NCBI GenBank assembly: GCA_035495255.1
Contig: DATJGD010000065.1
Span: forward strand, 7,256-71,255
Direction: 5' to 3'
Origin: Bacteroidota bacterium
GTDB taxonomy: Bacteria > Bacteroidota > Ignavibacteria > UBA10030 > SZUA-254
DNA: 64,000 nt
Shown: positions 40,749-50,931 of the stretch, piece by piece
How the letters are laid out: each line of letters opens with the position of its first letter
How positions within the stretch are numbered: the stretch's first letter is position 1
Made by a program: the position numbers and the translations under genes
Notes under the pieces: model-generated
The model's input: the letters and a program-made list of their open reading frames with translations, nothing else
Databases searched by the model: none
Told to the model about the DNA's origin: nothing

Positions 40749-41632
40749 TCAGACTGTCTCTTATCATGTGCCTTTGTTCGGTTGGAATGCTGTTTGGGCA
40801 GACGTCATCACCATCAAAGGCGACTTCGTCACCACCAGAGGCGACTGCGTCACTACCAGAGGCGACTGCGTCGCCATCAAAGGTATTCAGCGAGGTCAGT
40901 ATCGACCAGCATTTGAACGAGCAAGTTCCTCTCGATCTGCAGTTTCTTGACGAGGAGGGCAGGACGGTGACGCTTGACCAGTTCTTTCATTCAAAGCCGG
41001 TTGTACTCTCGCTTGTGTATTACAAGTGCCCGATGCTCTGTACTCAGGTTCTCAACGGAATGGTGGAATCGTTCAATCTTATTGATTTCAGGATCGGGAA
41101 TGAATTTAACGTCGTTACCGTGAGCATCGATCCTGCGGAAACTCCGGATCTGGCCGCAAACAAGAAACAGCAATATGTCGCGGAGTACAAAAAAGAAGGC
41201 GCGCGGAACGGGTGGCATTTTCTTACCGGTACGCAGGCTTCGATTACCCGCCTTGCGAACGCGGTCGGATTCAAGTATGTCTATGACGAGCAGACGAAGC
41301 AGTTCGCGCATGCCAGCGGGATCATGATCGCAACCCCGGAGGGAAAATTGTCCCGGTATCTTTACGGCATAGAGTATGTTGCGAAGGATCTTACATTCTC
41401 TCTCATGGACGCTTCGAAAGGAAAGATCGGATCGCCGGTGCAGAAGCTGCAGTTGCTCTGTTATGCCTACGATCCTTCGTCCGGCAAGTACAGCCTTGTC
41501 GTAACCAACATCGTCCGCGGCGCGGGGATCCTCACCGTCGTGCTCCTGGCAGGCTATGCGTTCTTGAATATACGGAGAGAACGCAAACGAAAATTTAACG
41601 TCGCTTCACCGCCGATGCATACTCAAAATTAA
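40745..41632 (+). CDS. SCO1/SenC-family copper chaperone (thioredoxin fold) with a C-terminal TM helix
   Basis: VVLSLVYYKCPMLCTQVLNG (CxxxC), downstream FAHASGIMI His region, signal peptide MIRLSLIMCLCSVGMLFG. Confidence 0.88.
   Translation: MIRLSLIMCLCSVGMLFGQTSSPSKATSSPPEATASLPEATASPSKVFSEVSIDQHLNEQVPLDLQFLDEEGRTVTLDQFFHSKPVVLSLVYYKCPMLCTQVLNGMVESFNLIDFRIGNEFNVVTVSIDPAETPDLAANKKQQYVAEYKKEGARNGWHFLTGTQASITRLANAVGFKYVYDEQTKQFAHASGIMIATPEGKLSRYLYGIEYVAKDLTFSLMDASKGKIGSPVQKLQLLCYAYDPSSGKYSLVVTNIVRGAGILTVVLLAGYAFLNIRRERKRKFNVASPPMHTQN
40808..40883 (+). repeat. 3.6 copies of a 21-nt in-frame tandem repeat within sco
   Basis: Units at 40808-40828, 40829-40849, 40850-40870 and 40871-40883 (tcaccaccagaggcgactgcg-like). 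They encode SPSKATS/SPPEATA/SLPEATA/SPSK. Confidence 0.85.
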
Positions 41633-41706
41633 TCTGACGAATGTCAATTACCAGGTACGAGGCACTTTTGGCAACATCGCCGTTCACAAGCTGCGGGCAA
41701 TCGTAA

Positions 41707-42651
41707 ATGTGGAACTTCCCCTTACTCCCTGACCGCGCCTCAACGATCGCTGAACAGGTCGACGCGCTGTATTGGTTTATTTTTGCGGTTGTCACCTTCT
41801 TCAGCCTCATCATCCTTGTCGCCCTGATTTATTCCGCAATCCGTTACCGGAAAGGCTCGAAGGCAAGCAGGGCCGGGGCCCATCACGAAAACCTGCCCCT
41901 GGAACTGATCTGGTCGCTGGGCCCGCTCGCCATTGCCCTGCTCATTTTTGTCTGGTCTTCGAAGCTCTTTATCGACATGAGAGTGGCTCCGAAAGACGCG
42001 ATGGAAATTTATGTCGTGGGAAAACAGTGGATGTGGAAAATCCAGCATCCCCAGGGAAACCGCGAAATCAACGAGCTCCATGTTCCGGTCGGAAAGCCGG
42101 TCAAGCTTATCATGACATCCCAGGATGTGATTCACAGTTTCTTCGTTCCGGAATTCCGGATCAAACAGGACGTCCTCCCGGGACGCTACACGACACAGTG
42201 GTTTCAGGCAACGAAAGCCGGGACCTTTCATCTCTTCTGCGCTGAGTACTGCGGGACATCTCACTCCGGGATGATCGGGAAGGTCATTGTCATGGAGCCG
42301 GCAGACTATGAAGAATGGCTCGCCGGAAAAACCGGGCAGACGATGTCTTCCGGCGGAGAACAGCTCTTCCAGCAGTTCGGCTGCCAGACCTGCCACCGGC
42401 CCGGTGCGGGACAGCGAGGCCCTTCCCTCGAAGGGCTCTGGGGAAAACAGGTCAAGCTCGGTTCGGGCGCTCTTGTTACCGCGGACCAGAACTATATCCG
42501 GGAGTCGATTATTAACCCCGGCAGTAAAGTTGTCTCCGGCTATCAGGTGTTGATGCCGCTCTATCGTAATCAGCTGAGCGAGGATCAGGTCAACCAGTTG
42601 ATTGAATATATAAAAAGCCTCAGCGCTCAGGAGGGAAAATCAGGACTATGA
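41707..42651 (+). CDS. coxB: Cytochrome c oxidase subunit II with a fused cytochrome c domain (caa3-type)
   Basis: Two TM helices, CuA site [17 protein letters not shown]-terminal CQTCH. Confidence 0.93.
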   Translation: MWNFPLLPDRASTIAEQVDALYWFIFAVVTFFSLIILVALIYSAIRYRKGSKASRAGAHHENLPLELIWSLGPLAIALLIFVWSSKLFIDMRVAPKDAMEIYVVGKQWMWKIQHPQGNREINELHVPVGKPVKLIMTSQDVIHSFFVPEFRIKQDVLPGRYTTQWFQATKAGTFHLFCAEYCGTSHSGMIGKVIVMEPADYEEWLAGKTGQTMSSGGEQLFQQFGCQTCHRPGAGQRGPSLEGLWGKQVKLGSGALVTADQNYIRESIINPGSKVVSGYQVLMPLYRNQLSEDQVNQLIEYIKSLSAQEGKSGL

Positions 42652-44294
42652 CAACAAAAGCAACGTCTCTGCGCGACGATTACATCAATTCCGGCTACGG
42701 GCTCCGCTCGTGGCTTCTGACGGTCGATCATAAACGCATCGCCATTCTCTATCTCATTTCAGTGACCCTCTTTTTCTTCGTTGGAGGGTTTTTTGCGGTT
42801 CTCCTCAGGCTTGAGCTCATGACACCCGAGGGGGATATTGTCAGCGCGCAGACCTACAACAAGCTCTTCACGATGCACGGCATCGTGATGATCTTCCTCT
42901 TCCTCATACCGGCCATTCCTTCAGTCCTGGGAAATTTCCTGATCCCATTGATGGTGGGGGCGAAAGACCTGGCATTTCCCCGCCTGAATCTTCTGAGCTG
43001 GTATGTCTTTAATGTCGGCGGCCTTTTTGCCGTCTATGCTCTGGTCACCGGAGGCGTCGATACAGGATGGACATTCTACACGCCGTACAGCAGCGCCTAT
43101 TCTCTTTCCAACGTCGTGCCGGTCGTCATCGGTGCGTTTATCATTGGATTCTCGACGATACTCACTGCGCTGAATTTTATCGTTACCATCCATAAGATGA
43201 GGGCTCCGGGTCTTACCTGGTTCAAGCTTCCGCTCTTTGTATGGGCCTCCTACGCGACGAGCGTGATCACCGTTCTCGGGACTCCCGTGATCGCCATTAC
43301 GCTTGTCCTTCTTGGATTCGAACGCATTGTCGGCGTCGGCCTGTTCGATCCGGCGTTGGGTGGAGATCCGATTCTTTTTCAGCATCTCTTCTGGTTTTAT
43401 TCTCATCCTGCGGTCTATATCATGGTCCTGCCTGCGATGGGAGTCGTCAGCGAAATTATCACATGCTTTGCCCGCAAGAAGATCTTTGGATACAATTTTA
43501 TGGCGATTGCCGTCATGGCGATTGCCATTATCAGCTTTCTCGTCTGGGGACACCACATGTTCGTCAGCGGACAATCGGTCTATGCGAGCATGGTATTCTC
43601 GATTCTGAGTTTTCTGGTGGCGATTCCCTCGGCAGTCAAGGTATTCAATTGGACCGCCACCCTCTATAAAGGCAACATCGAGTTCCATACTCCCATCCTC
43701 TACGGATTCGGATTTATCGGGCTATTTACCGTCGGAGGCCTTACCGGCCTCTTCCTTGCCTCCATGGCGACCGACGTCCATCTTACCGACACGTATTTTA
43801 TCGTGGCTCACTTCCATTACATCATGGTCGGAGGGACTGTCATGGGGTACCTTGGAGGGATTCATTATTGGTGGCCGAAGATGACCGGGCGCATGTACAA
43901 CGAAGCCTGGGCAAAGTTTTCTGCGCTCACGCTCTTCATTGGATTTAATCTCACGTTCTTCCCGCAATTTATTCTCGGGTATCTCGGAATGCCGCGCCGC
44001 TATTATGTCTATCCCCCGGAATTCCAGGTACTCAATGTCATGTCCACGGCCGGCGCGTCGATTCTGGGATTGGGATATCTCATCCCGATGGTCTACCTCC
44101 TCTGGTCGCTCAGAAGGCCGAAGAACGTCGGGCCAAATCCCTGGAATGCTTCGGGCCTGGAATGGACAACAGCATCTCCTCCTCCCACGCATAATTTTGA
44201 ACATACCCCCGTTGTAACGGAAGGGCCGTATGTCTATCATACCGAAGCTGCAGCTGGTCATCAGGTCGGTTCCAAGGAGAAAGCGCATGGCTGA
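42648..44294 (+). CDS. coxA: Cytochrome c oxidase subunit I
   Basis: [45 protein letters not shown]; 548 aa. ATGA overlap with coxB. Confidence 0.95.
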   Translation: MTTKATSLRDDYINSGYGLRSWLLTVDHKRIAILYLISVTLFFFVGGFFAVLLRLELMTPEGDIVSAQTYNKLFTMHGIVMIFLFLIPAIPSVLGNFLIPLMVGAKDLAFPRLNLLSWYVFNVGGLFAVYALVTGGVDTGWTFYTPYSSAYSLSNVVPVVIGAFIIGFSTILTALNFIVTIHKMRAPGLTWFKLPLFVWASYATSVITVLGTPVIAITLVLLGFERIVGVGLFDPALGGDPILFQHLFWFYSHPAVYIMVLPAMGVVSEIITCFARKKIFGYNFMAIAVMAIAIISFLVWGHHMFVSGQSVYASMVFSILSFLVAIPSAVKVFNWTATLYKGNIEFHTPILYGFGFIGLFTVGGLTGLFLASMATDVHLTDTYFIVAHFHYIMVGGTVMGYLGGIHYWWPKMTGRMYNEAWAKFSALTLFIGFNLTFFPQFILGYLGMPRRYYVYPPEFQVLNVMSTAGASILGLGYLIPMVYLLWSLRRPKNVGPNPWNASGLEWTTASPPPTHNFEHTPVVTEGPYVYHTEAAAGHQVGSKEKAHG

Positions 44295-44937
44295 GCATTC
44301 TGAAAATCCATACGTCGCACACCACTTCACGGACATGGAGCAGCAACGTGAGGCGGGCTCGCTCGGCATGTGGGGATTTCTCGTTACGGAAATAATGTTC
44401 TTCGGCGGTCTCTTTGCGTGTTATGCAACGTACCGTTCGATGTATCCGGAGGCGTTCGGTGAAGCGAGCAAAGAGCTCAACATCGTGCTCGGCACGGTCA
44501 ACACCGCCGTGCTCATTTGCAGCAGTCTCACGATGGTCCTTGCAGTTCAGTTCGCGCAGCAGGGAAAACGGAAGCAGCTTATTACGTTTTTGGTTCTGAC
44601 AATAGTGCTGGGTACGGCGTTCCTTTGCATCAAAGGTTTCGAATACGCGCATAAGTTCCAGGAGCATTTGTTCCCCGGGAGCTCATTCGCCTACGCGGGC
44701 CCTCATCCACAGCAGGCTCAGATTTTCTTCTCGCTGTATTTTATCATGACAGGATTGCACGCGCTGCATATGATTATCGGCATCGGCGTGCTCATCGTGC
44801 TCATCATACAGGCGCGGAAAGGAACATATACGTCAGAGTACTATTCGCCGGTCGATGTCAGCGGGCTCTACTGGCACTTCGTGGATATTGTCTGGATCTT
44901 TTTGTTCCCGCTGCTCTACCTGATTAACAGGACTTGA
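44287..44937 (+). CDS. coxC: Cytochrome c oxidase subunit III
   Basis: Start at [14 protein letters not shown] (ATG 44287), overlapping the coxA stop. [35 protein letters not shown]. Confidence 0.9.
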   Translation: MAEHSENPYVAHHFTDMEQQREAGSLGMWGFLVTEIMFFGGLFACYATYRSMYPEAFGEASKELNIVLGTVNTAVLICSSLTMVLAVQFAQQGKRKQLITFLVLTIVLGTAFLCIKGFEYAHKFQEHLFPGSSFAYAGPHPQQAQIFFSLYFIMTGLHALHMIIGIGVLIVLIIQARKGTYTSEYYSPVDVSGLYWHFVDIVWIFLFPLLYLINRT

Positions 44938-44947
44938 AAGGCTACGT

Positions 44948-45223
44948 ATGGCTCACCACGTCGTACCACAGAAAATCTACGTTCTCATTTTTGCAACGCT
45001 CATCTGCCTGACGCTGCTCACGGTGGACGTGTCGTTCTACAATATGGGATTTCTCAACATTTATGTCGCGATGACGATCGCGACCTGCAAGGCCCTCTTC
45101 GTTGTATTATATTTTATGCATGTGCGCTACAGCCCGAAACTTACCTGGATTTTCGCAGGCGCGGCGATCTTCTGGCTCATCATCATGTTCTCGCTGCTGG
45201 CGAGCGACTATTTAACGAGGTAG
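44948..45223 (+). CDS. coxD: Cytochrome c oxidase subunit IV (prokaryotic small subunit)
   Basis: 91 aa with hydrophobic helices. [24 protein letters not shown] is typical of COX4_pro proteins. Position immediately after coxC. Confidence 0.8.
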   Translation: MAHHVVPQKIYVLIFATLICLTLLTVDVSFYNMGFLNIYVAMTIATCKALFVVLYFMHVRYSPKLTWIFAGAAIFWLIIMFSLLASDYLTR

Positions 45224-45337
45224 GTCAGGAGCTTCGAGCGCAGCGAAAGGAGCAGGGAACCTACCACAAGAAGCAGTCCGCAGAGGGCAAAGATCAGAGA
45301 GTAGAACGTAGAGGGGAGGGAAACAACAGGTTTCCCG

Positions 45338-46129
45338 TCAGTGTGCTGCAAGTGTCACCTTCCCCCAGAATTTAATCGGCTCGCGTGCTCCGCGGGCTCC
45401 GTCCGGCGATCCCTGGTCTCCTCGTCCGCCGCCGCCGAATCCGCGGTCACCTCTGCCGCCGAATCCGCGGCGACCTCTGCCGCCACCACCGCCGCTTTCT
45501 TGTCCTTCTCCACGATTACGTACACCCGACATCTCCGGAGTTTCTATCCCCAGTCCGATGACCGATCCCGGCTTCGCGCCGATCGCAAACGCATGGCCGC
45601 CGTTGTCCATAAGCGGCACTTTGAGAGAATAGATCAGCGTCCCCTCGCGGTTTTCCATTTTTACGTCGACACCTTTTGCTTCCAACATGTGCATGCGGTG
45701 ATGCTCGCCATCCGCAGGCCCCAGAATATCCAGCTCGTCCGAAAGACTCTCCGCCGTGTCCCACGACGTGTCACGCATGAAGTCTTGTCCCCGGCCCTCG
45801 ATCTGTGGACGCATGACCCCAAGCGGATAGTGGATGCCGAACCGCTTGTCATCGCCTCCTTTTGCGTCGAACCATACCGTGAGCCCCTGCACCGCGATCT
45901 GCCGCTGTTTCATTCTGTCGCCGGCAGTCACCGTCAGATAGAGGTATTCATTGTCGTTGTGCAGGCCGACGAGGATGTTCTGGCTTTTGACAAGAAAAGT
46001 GTTGCCCTGCAATCCGGTTGTCCCATTGTCGGTCCATCGGCTTCCAAGCTCAGGAGTCGATGAGCAGCCGGCAACAACAGCTGCGAGAAGGATGAGGGCA
46101 AGCGGAGTGATACGAGAGACATGTTTCAT
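45338..46129 (-). CDS. Lipoprotein with a C-terminal Arg/Gly-rich (RGG-like) tail, hypothetical
   Basis: ATG comp. 46129. Lipobox LAAVVAGCSS. C-terminal GGGGGRGRRGFGGRGDRGFGGGGRGDQGS. Confidence 0.7.
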   Translation of the reverse strand: MKHVSRITPLALILLAAVVAGCSSTPELGSRWTDNGTTGLQGNTFLVKSQNILVGLHNDNEYLYLTVTAGDRMKQRQIAVQGLTVWFDAKGGDDKRFGIHYPLGVMRPQIEGRGQDFMRDTSWDTAESLSDELDILGPADGEHHRMHMLEAKGVDVKMENREGTLIYSLKVPLMDNGGHAFAIGAKPGSVIGLGIETPEMSGVRNRGEGQESGGGGGRGRRGFGGRGDRGFGGGGRGDQGSPDGARGAREPIKFWGKVTLAAH

Positions 46130-46300
46130 ATGCCTGTGTAAATTATTCTCAAAAAACGACGCCGAACTACTAATGATATGACAAATCATTCAAAAAGAAG
46201 TTTAAGTTCGTATCCGCGGTCTGGCATGAACATTGCAATTCAAATACGGCAAGAACCTTGCGAGAGTTTAATCTGTTCATGCTTGAAAGGAGGGCAGAGT

Positions 46301-46945
46301 ATGGAACTATTACGGCGAAAAGTAAATCCGGTCGTTACAGGCATGATTGCGATGGCGATCTCTATAGTATGGGGATGCCACTCATCGTCAGGGCTCGTCA
46401 ATATGTGGCGCGATAAATCGTTCGAAGCACCGCCCATGAACAACATTCTGGTTATCGCGGTTCGGAGAGACGTCATCAATAGGCGGTTATGGGAAGACAG
46501 CTTTGCAGGAGAGCTGCAAAAACGGGGTCTCGCAGCGACACCGTCCTACAGTTTGTTTCCTGAAGCTGTTCCCGATACACAACAGGTCATCGACGTCATT
46601 CAGAACAAGAGGTTCGACGGCGTTCTTGTGACGGTCCGGCCGACGATCGATACGAACATCAATTACACGCCGGGATATGTATCGAGCGATCCTGTCATGC
46701 GGTACAATTCCTGGACGAACAGGTACAATACGTATTACTACGAGATCTATCATCCGGGCGAGGCCATTCCGGAAAAGGTGGTACGGCACGAGATCAATCT
46801 TTGGTCCACGGGCGACCACGGAAAAATTATCTGGGCCGCAACGACCGAAACGATCGATCCGAATTCCGTGAAGGATGTCAGCCGGGAAGTAAGCGAGGTG
46901 ATTGTTCCCGAGCTGGAACATCAGGCGCTCATCAGGCCCAAATAA
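46301..46945 (+). CDS. Lipoprotein, hypothetical
   Basis: ATG 46301 preceded by AAAGGAGGG. MELLRRKVNPVVTGMIAMAISIVWGCHSS contains a lipobox. Confidence 0.7.
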   Translation: MELLRRKVNPVVTGMIAMAISIVWGCHSSSGLVNMWRDKSFEAPPMNNILVIAVRRDVINRRLWEDSFAGELQKRGLAATPSYSLFPEAVPDTQQVIDVIQNKRFDGVLVTVRPTIDTNINYTPGYVSSDPVMRYNSWTNRYNTYYYEIYHPGEAIPEKVVRHEINLWSTGDHGKIIWAATTETIDPNSVKDVSREVSEVIVPELEHQALIRPK

Positions 46946-47116
46946 TGCATCGACGTTTGCTATCACAATTATAGGCATTCATAAGCGTATTTGCCTATTT
47001 TTCAATAGCGTAGTATGGACCCGCGACGGCCGGAAACTCGAAGGAATGGTGTCTTGAGATTCTCTCTGCTTCTGGTTATATTCTCTTGACGCAACATCAC
47101 ATCGGTCGGAGAACCC

Positions 47117-48310
47117 ATGATTCATGTAGCACGTCGTATGCAGCGGCTCGGCACAGAAACCGCGTTTGAAATCCTTGCCAAAGCCCGCGCCCTTGAGGCA
47201 AAGGGAAAGGAAATAATTCATCTCGAGATCGGCGAACCTGATTTCGACACGCCGGCGAATATCAAAACTGCCGCGAAGCGAGCGCTCGACGACGGTTTTA
47301 CGCATTACGGGCCCGCGGCCGGCCTGCCCCAGGCGCGCAAAGCCATTGCCGATTACATTTCAAGGACGCGGAGCATTACCGTAAACCCTGAGAACGTCGT
47401 CGTTACGCCGGGGGCAAAGCCGATCATGTTCTTCGTTATCCTCGCCTGCATCGATGAGGGAGACGAAGTGATTTATCCCAATCCCGGTTTTCCGATTTAC
47501 GAATCCGCGATCGATTTCGTCGGCGGTACGCCCGTCCCGCTTCCTCTGCGCGAAGAAAACGAATTCCGCGTCGACATCGACGACGTCAAGAAGCTCATTA
47601 CGCCGAGGACGCGGATGATCATCCTGAACTCTCCCCAGAACCCGACCGGGGGAATACTCATGGAAGAGGACATTCGTGCGATCGCCGAGATTGCGTTGGA
47701 AAACAACCTCCTTGTTCTTTCCGACGAAATCTATGATCGTATCATGTACGATGCGCATAAGCCCTTCAGCATCGCATCGGTTCCCGGCATGCAGGACCGC
47801 ACGATCATTCTCGACGGATTTTCCAAAACGTATGCGATGACGGGCTGGCGGCTGGGATACGGAGTCATGCCTGTCGAGCTCGCCAATCTTGTGACGAAAC
47901 TGCAGATCAACAGCACCTCCTGCACGTCGAGTTTCTCGCAGATGGCAGCGATCGAAGCGCTGCAGGGCCCGCGCGAAGATGTGGAAAGGATGATCAGCCA
48001 GTTCAACGAGCGCCGTGACCTCATCGTCAACGGCTTCAACGCGATCGAAGGATTCCGCTGTCATAAGCCGCACGGGGCGTTCTATGTGTTCCCGAATATC
48101 TCCGGGACGGGGAAGACGTCGCGCCAGCTGGCAGACATCCTGTTGAATGAAGCGGGGGTAGCGTGTCTATCGGGGACGGCATTCGGAAAGTACGGCGAAG
48201 GCTATCTCAGGTTCTCGTACGCGAACTCGCTGGAGAATATCGAGAAAGCTTTGGAGCGCATTGCGAAAGTGTTGAAAGGACAGCCTGCGGTTCCCGAGAC
48301 TGTCAAATAG
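47117..48310 (+). CDS. Class-I PLP aminotransferase (aspartate aminotransferase-like)
   Basis: IHLEIGEPDFDTP, NSPQNPTGG, DEIYDRIMYD, GFSKTYAMTGWRLGY (PLP Lys). Confidence 0.9.
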   Translation: MIHVARRMQRLGTETAFEILAKARALEAKGKEIIHLEIGEPDFDTPANIKTAAKRALDDGFTHYGPAAGLPQARKAIADYISRTRSITVNPENVVVTPGAKPIMFFVILACIDEGDEVIYPNPGFPIYESAIDFVGGTPVPLPLREENEFRVDIDDVKKLITPRTRMIILNSPQNPTGGILMEEDIRAIAEIALENNLLVLSDEIYDRIMYDAHKPFSIASVPGMQDRTIILDGFSKTYAMTGWRLGYGVMPVELANLVTKLQINSTSCTSSFSQMAAIEALQGPREDVERMISQFNERRDLIVNGFNAIEGFRCHKPHGAFYVFPNISGTGKTSRQLADILLNEAGVACLSGTAFGKYGEGYLRFSYANSLENIEKALERIAKVLKGQPAVPETVK

Positions 48311-48316
48311 AGATAT

Positions 48317-48967
48317 TTAGGGGGCAAGCCGCCGGATAACCCAGATTCCGTCGGATTGTTTTTCATAAAGAAGGCGGTCGTGGAGGCGGCCGAGCCGGCC
48401 TTTCCAAAACTCGATGCTTTCAGGCTTCACACAGTACCCCCCCCAATTGGCGGGACGGGGAACGGTTTTTCCACGGTACTTTTCTTCAATTCGTTTGTAT
48501 TCCTTCTCAAGTTCGGCGCGGTCGGTGACAACACGGCTTTGCGTTGAGGCGTGAGCGCTGATCTGGCTCTCGCGGGGACGTGTCTGAAAATACGCATCCG
48601 ATTCCTCCGCCGTCACTTTCGTCGCTTCGCCGCTGATGCGCACCTGCCGCTGGAGCTGCGCCCAATGAAACAGGAGTGCGGCTGCCGGTGAACCGGTGAG
48701 CTCCTTCGCTTTTCGGCTCTCATAGTTCGTGTAAAAAATAAACCCATGCTGGTCGAACGATTTCAGGAGCACCATCCTTGCGGAAGGTTTGCCGTCGCCG
48801 CCCGCCGTGGCCAGGGTCATCGCTTCCGGAAGAAGTATCTTTGCCTTGCGTGCGTCGTCGTACCATTTCTTGAACTGACGGATCGGGTCAGGGTCGGCGT
48901 CGCGTTCGAGTAGTTCGTCCTTCATATTCCAGGCGAGAGTAAATAATTGTCGTGCTGTAAACCTCAT
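48317..48967 (-). CDS. pdxH: Pyridoxamine 5'-phosphate oxidase
   Basis: DPIRQFKKWYDDA, MTLATAGGDGKPSARMVLLK, FYTNYESRKAKEL, RQVRISG, YFQTRPRESQI, WGGYCVKPESIEFWKGRLGRLHDR..IRRLAP. The start is uncertain: ATG at 48967 or 48925, TTG at 49012. Confidence 0.88.
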   Translation of the reverse strand: MRFTARQLFTLAWNMKDELLERDADPDPIRQFKKWYDDARKAKILLPEAMTLATAGGDGKPSARMVLLKSFDQHGFIFYTNYESRKAKELTGSPAAALLFHWAQLQRQVRISGEATKVTAEESDAYFQTRPRESQISAHASTQSRVVTDRAELEKEYKRIEEKYRGKTVPRPANWGGYCVKPESIEFWKGRLGRLHDRLLYEKQSDGIWVIRRLAP

Positions 48968-49072
48968 CGCCGTAATATACATAATTCGCGCGCACGGCTC
49001 AATTCCGCGCAACGTTCTTTGGGTTTCCGGCGTTAAAGCAGTATATTATTGAACAAGAAATTCTGTTCGGTC

Positions 49073-50926
49073 ATGCAAAGAACCTCTTCCACGCTCTATC
49101 TCAATATCATCTGGCATCAGCATCAGCCGTCGTATCTCGATCCGGAGCGTGACCAGCTGCGCGGCCCGTGGGTTCGTGTTCATGGGACAAAAGACTACTA
49201 CGACATGGCTGCGATCCTTGCTGAATATCCCGATATTCACTGCACGTTCAACCTCACCTCCTCGCTTCTCATTCAAATCGAGCAGTACTATGTCGATCGC
49301 CTGAAACCCTTCGTTGACGTGAAGGCCAACAGCATCGATGCGGAAAAATTTCTTGCGCGCTGGGAGGGAAAAACAGACCCGTGGATCGATCTCGCGCTGA
49401 AACCGACGCACGAATTCAACGATGAGGATCGCCGCCTCCTTCTCAAAGATGTCTGGAACGCTTTGTATGTCAGCGATGTCATCATCTCGCGCTTTCCCGA
49501 ATATAAAGCTCTGAAAGAAAAGCATGGGCGGGGCGAACAACTCTCTGAGCAGGAGCTGAGGGAAATAAAATTCTGGTTCTTCCTCGCGTATTTTGATCCC
49601 GATTTCCTCGAAGAGAAGGTCGAACTTGTCGACGGATCCATCGTCGATCTGGGAGATCTTATCATGAGGCATCCCGACGGCCTCTACAGGCTGAAGAAAA
49701 CCGTCACGGAAGAAGATTGTCATCGCATCATAGCGGAAGTGTACAAGGTGATGTCGAATATCATCCCTGTCCACAAAAAACTCATGCACGACCCGAAAAC
49801 GCATAAAGGGCAGATCGAGGTGATTACGACCTCTTTTTATCATCCGATCCTGCCGCTTCTCATCGACAGCGATGCGGCAAAGATATGCCAGCCGAACGAT
49901 AGCCTTCCGGGGCGATTTCAGTATCCTCAGGATGCGGAAGTGCAGGTTGCGAAGGCGATCCGGTATTTCAAGAAGATCTTCGACGCGGCACCGGCGGGCA
50001 TGTGGCCTGCGGAAGGGTCGGTATCCGAAGAGGCTATCGCGATCTTCCGGAAACACGCCATTGAATGGGTCGCGACCGACCGGCATATCCTCGAGCGTTC
50101 GCTGCCGGCGCATCTTCCTGTCTATTATCCGTACGGTGTGGGAGGAGGGGATGGAACCGCCATCGTTTTCCGCGATACCGCGCTTTCCGACAAGATCGGT
50201 TTCACCTACCAGTCGTGGAAGGGAAAAGACGCCGCAAACGATTTTATCAATAATGTCCTGCAATTTACTCCGCCATCCTATGAAGCCGACAGGCTGCTCA
50301 CCGTTATTCTCGACGGTGAAAACGCGTGGGAGTGGTATCAGCAGGATAACGACGGGAAGGAGTTTCTGCATACGCTCTATCACACGCTCAGCGACCTCTA
50401 TCGGTCACGAGGTGTCGTCACGGTAACGCCGTCGGAGTATATCCACGGAAACCCGAAGCGGAATATCCCGGCGCATCCAATCTCCTCGATGAACGCCATC
50501 GAGAAGCTGCACCCGGGCTCCTGGATTAATGCGAACTTCGATACGTGGATCGGTAACAGGGAAAAGAACCAGGCGTGGGAGTATCTTCGCATAGCACGCG
50601 AAGATCTTGAACGTTCGGGCGTCGCGAGCCCAAAGCCATCCGCAAAAATCCCCGAACATAAGACAAAGGAATGGCAGGCCCACATGGCGTGGGAAGCAAT
50701 GTATGCAGCCGAGGGATCGGATTGGTTCTGGTGGTACGGAACCAATCAGTACGTCCCCGGAGGCACAACGCCGTTCGACAGATCGTTCATCGGCCTTTTG
50801 GACAGTGTCTACCGGCTCGCCCGCGAGGCCGGTGGGATGATGCCGGACCGCGAGTTTCGGCCGATTATATCCACAGAATCTTCCGAGGGTGCCTCACAGG
50901 GCGCCATGAAACAAAGCAGCATGTGA
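49073..50926 (+). CDS. Glycoside hydrolase family 57 protein
   Basis: GH57 conserved regions HQHQP, VHGTKDYYDM, GQIEVITTSFYHPILPLL, MWPAEGSVSEE (nucleophile Glu region), ILDGENAWEW (acid/base Asp region). ATG 49073 is preferred over the TTG at 49049. Confidence 0.9.
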   Translation: MQRTSSTLYLNIIWHQHQPSYLDPERDQLRGPWVRVHGTKDYYDMAAILAEYPDIHCTFNLTSSLLIQIEQYYVDRLKPFVDVKANSIDAEKFLARWEGKTDPWIDLALKPTHEFNDEDRRLLLKDVWNALYVSDVIISRFPEYKALKEKHGRGEQLSEQELREIKFWFFLAYFDPDFLEEKVELVDGSIVDLGDLIMRHPDGLYRLKKTVTEEDCHRIIAEVYKVMSNIIPVHKKLMHDPKTHKGQIEVITTSFYHPILPLLIDSDAAKICQPNDSLPGRFQYPQDAEVQVAKAIRYFKKIFDAAPAGMWPAEGSVSEEAIAIFRKHAIEWVATDRHILERSLPAHLPVYYPYGVGGGDGTAIVFRDTALSDKIGFTYQSWKGKDAANDFINNVLQFTPPSYEADRLLTVILDGENAWEWYQQDNDGKEFLHTLYHTLSDLYRSRGVVTVTPSEYIHGNPKRNIPAHPISSMNAIEKLHPGSWINANFDTWIGNREKNQAWEYLRIAREDLERSGVASPKPSAKIPEHKTKEWQAHMAWEAMYAAEGSDWFWWYGTNQYVPGGTTPFDRSFIGLLDSVYRLAREAGGMMPDREFRPIISTESSEGASQGAMKQSSM

Positions 50927-50931
50927 GACCC

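Noticed and set aside
45316-45334. Hairpin GGGAAAC-AACAG-GTTTCCC between coxD and the convergent lipoprotein gene, as a bidirectional terminator
   Set aside because: The stem is 7 bp and there is no T-run on either strand. That is too weak to call.
49046-50383. 445-aa minus-strand ORF opposite the GH57 gene
   Set aside because: It is Arg/Asp/Phe-rich with no recognisable motif. The plus-strand frame carries all GH57 signature regions. This is a typical antisense shadow ORF of a G+C-rich coding region.
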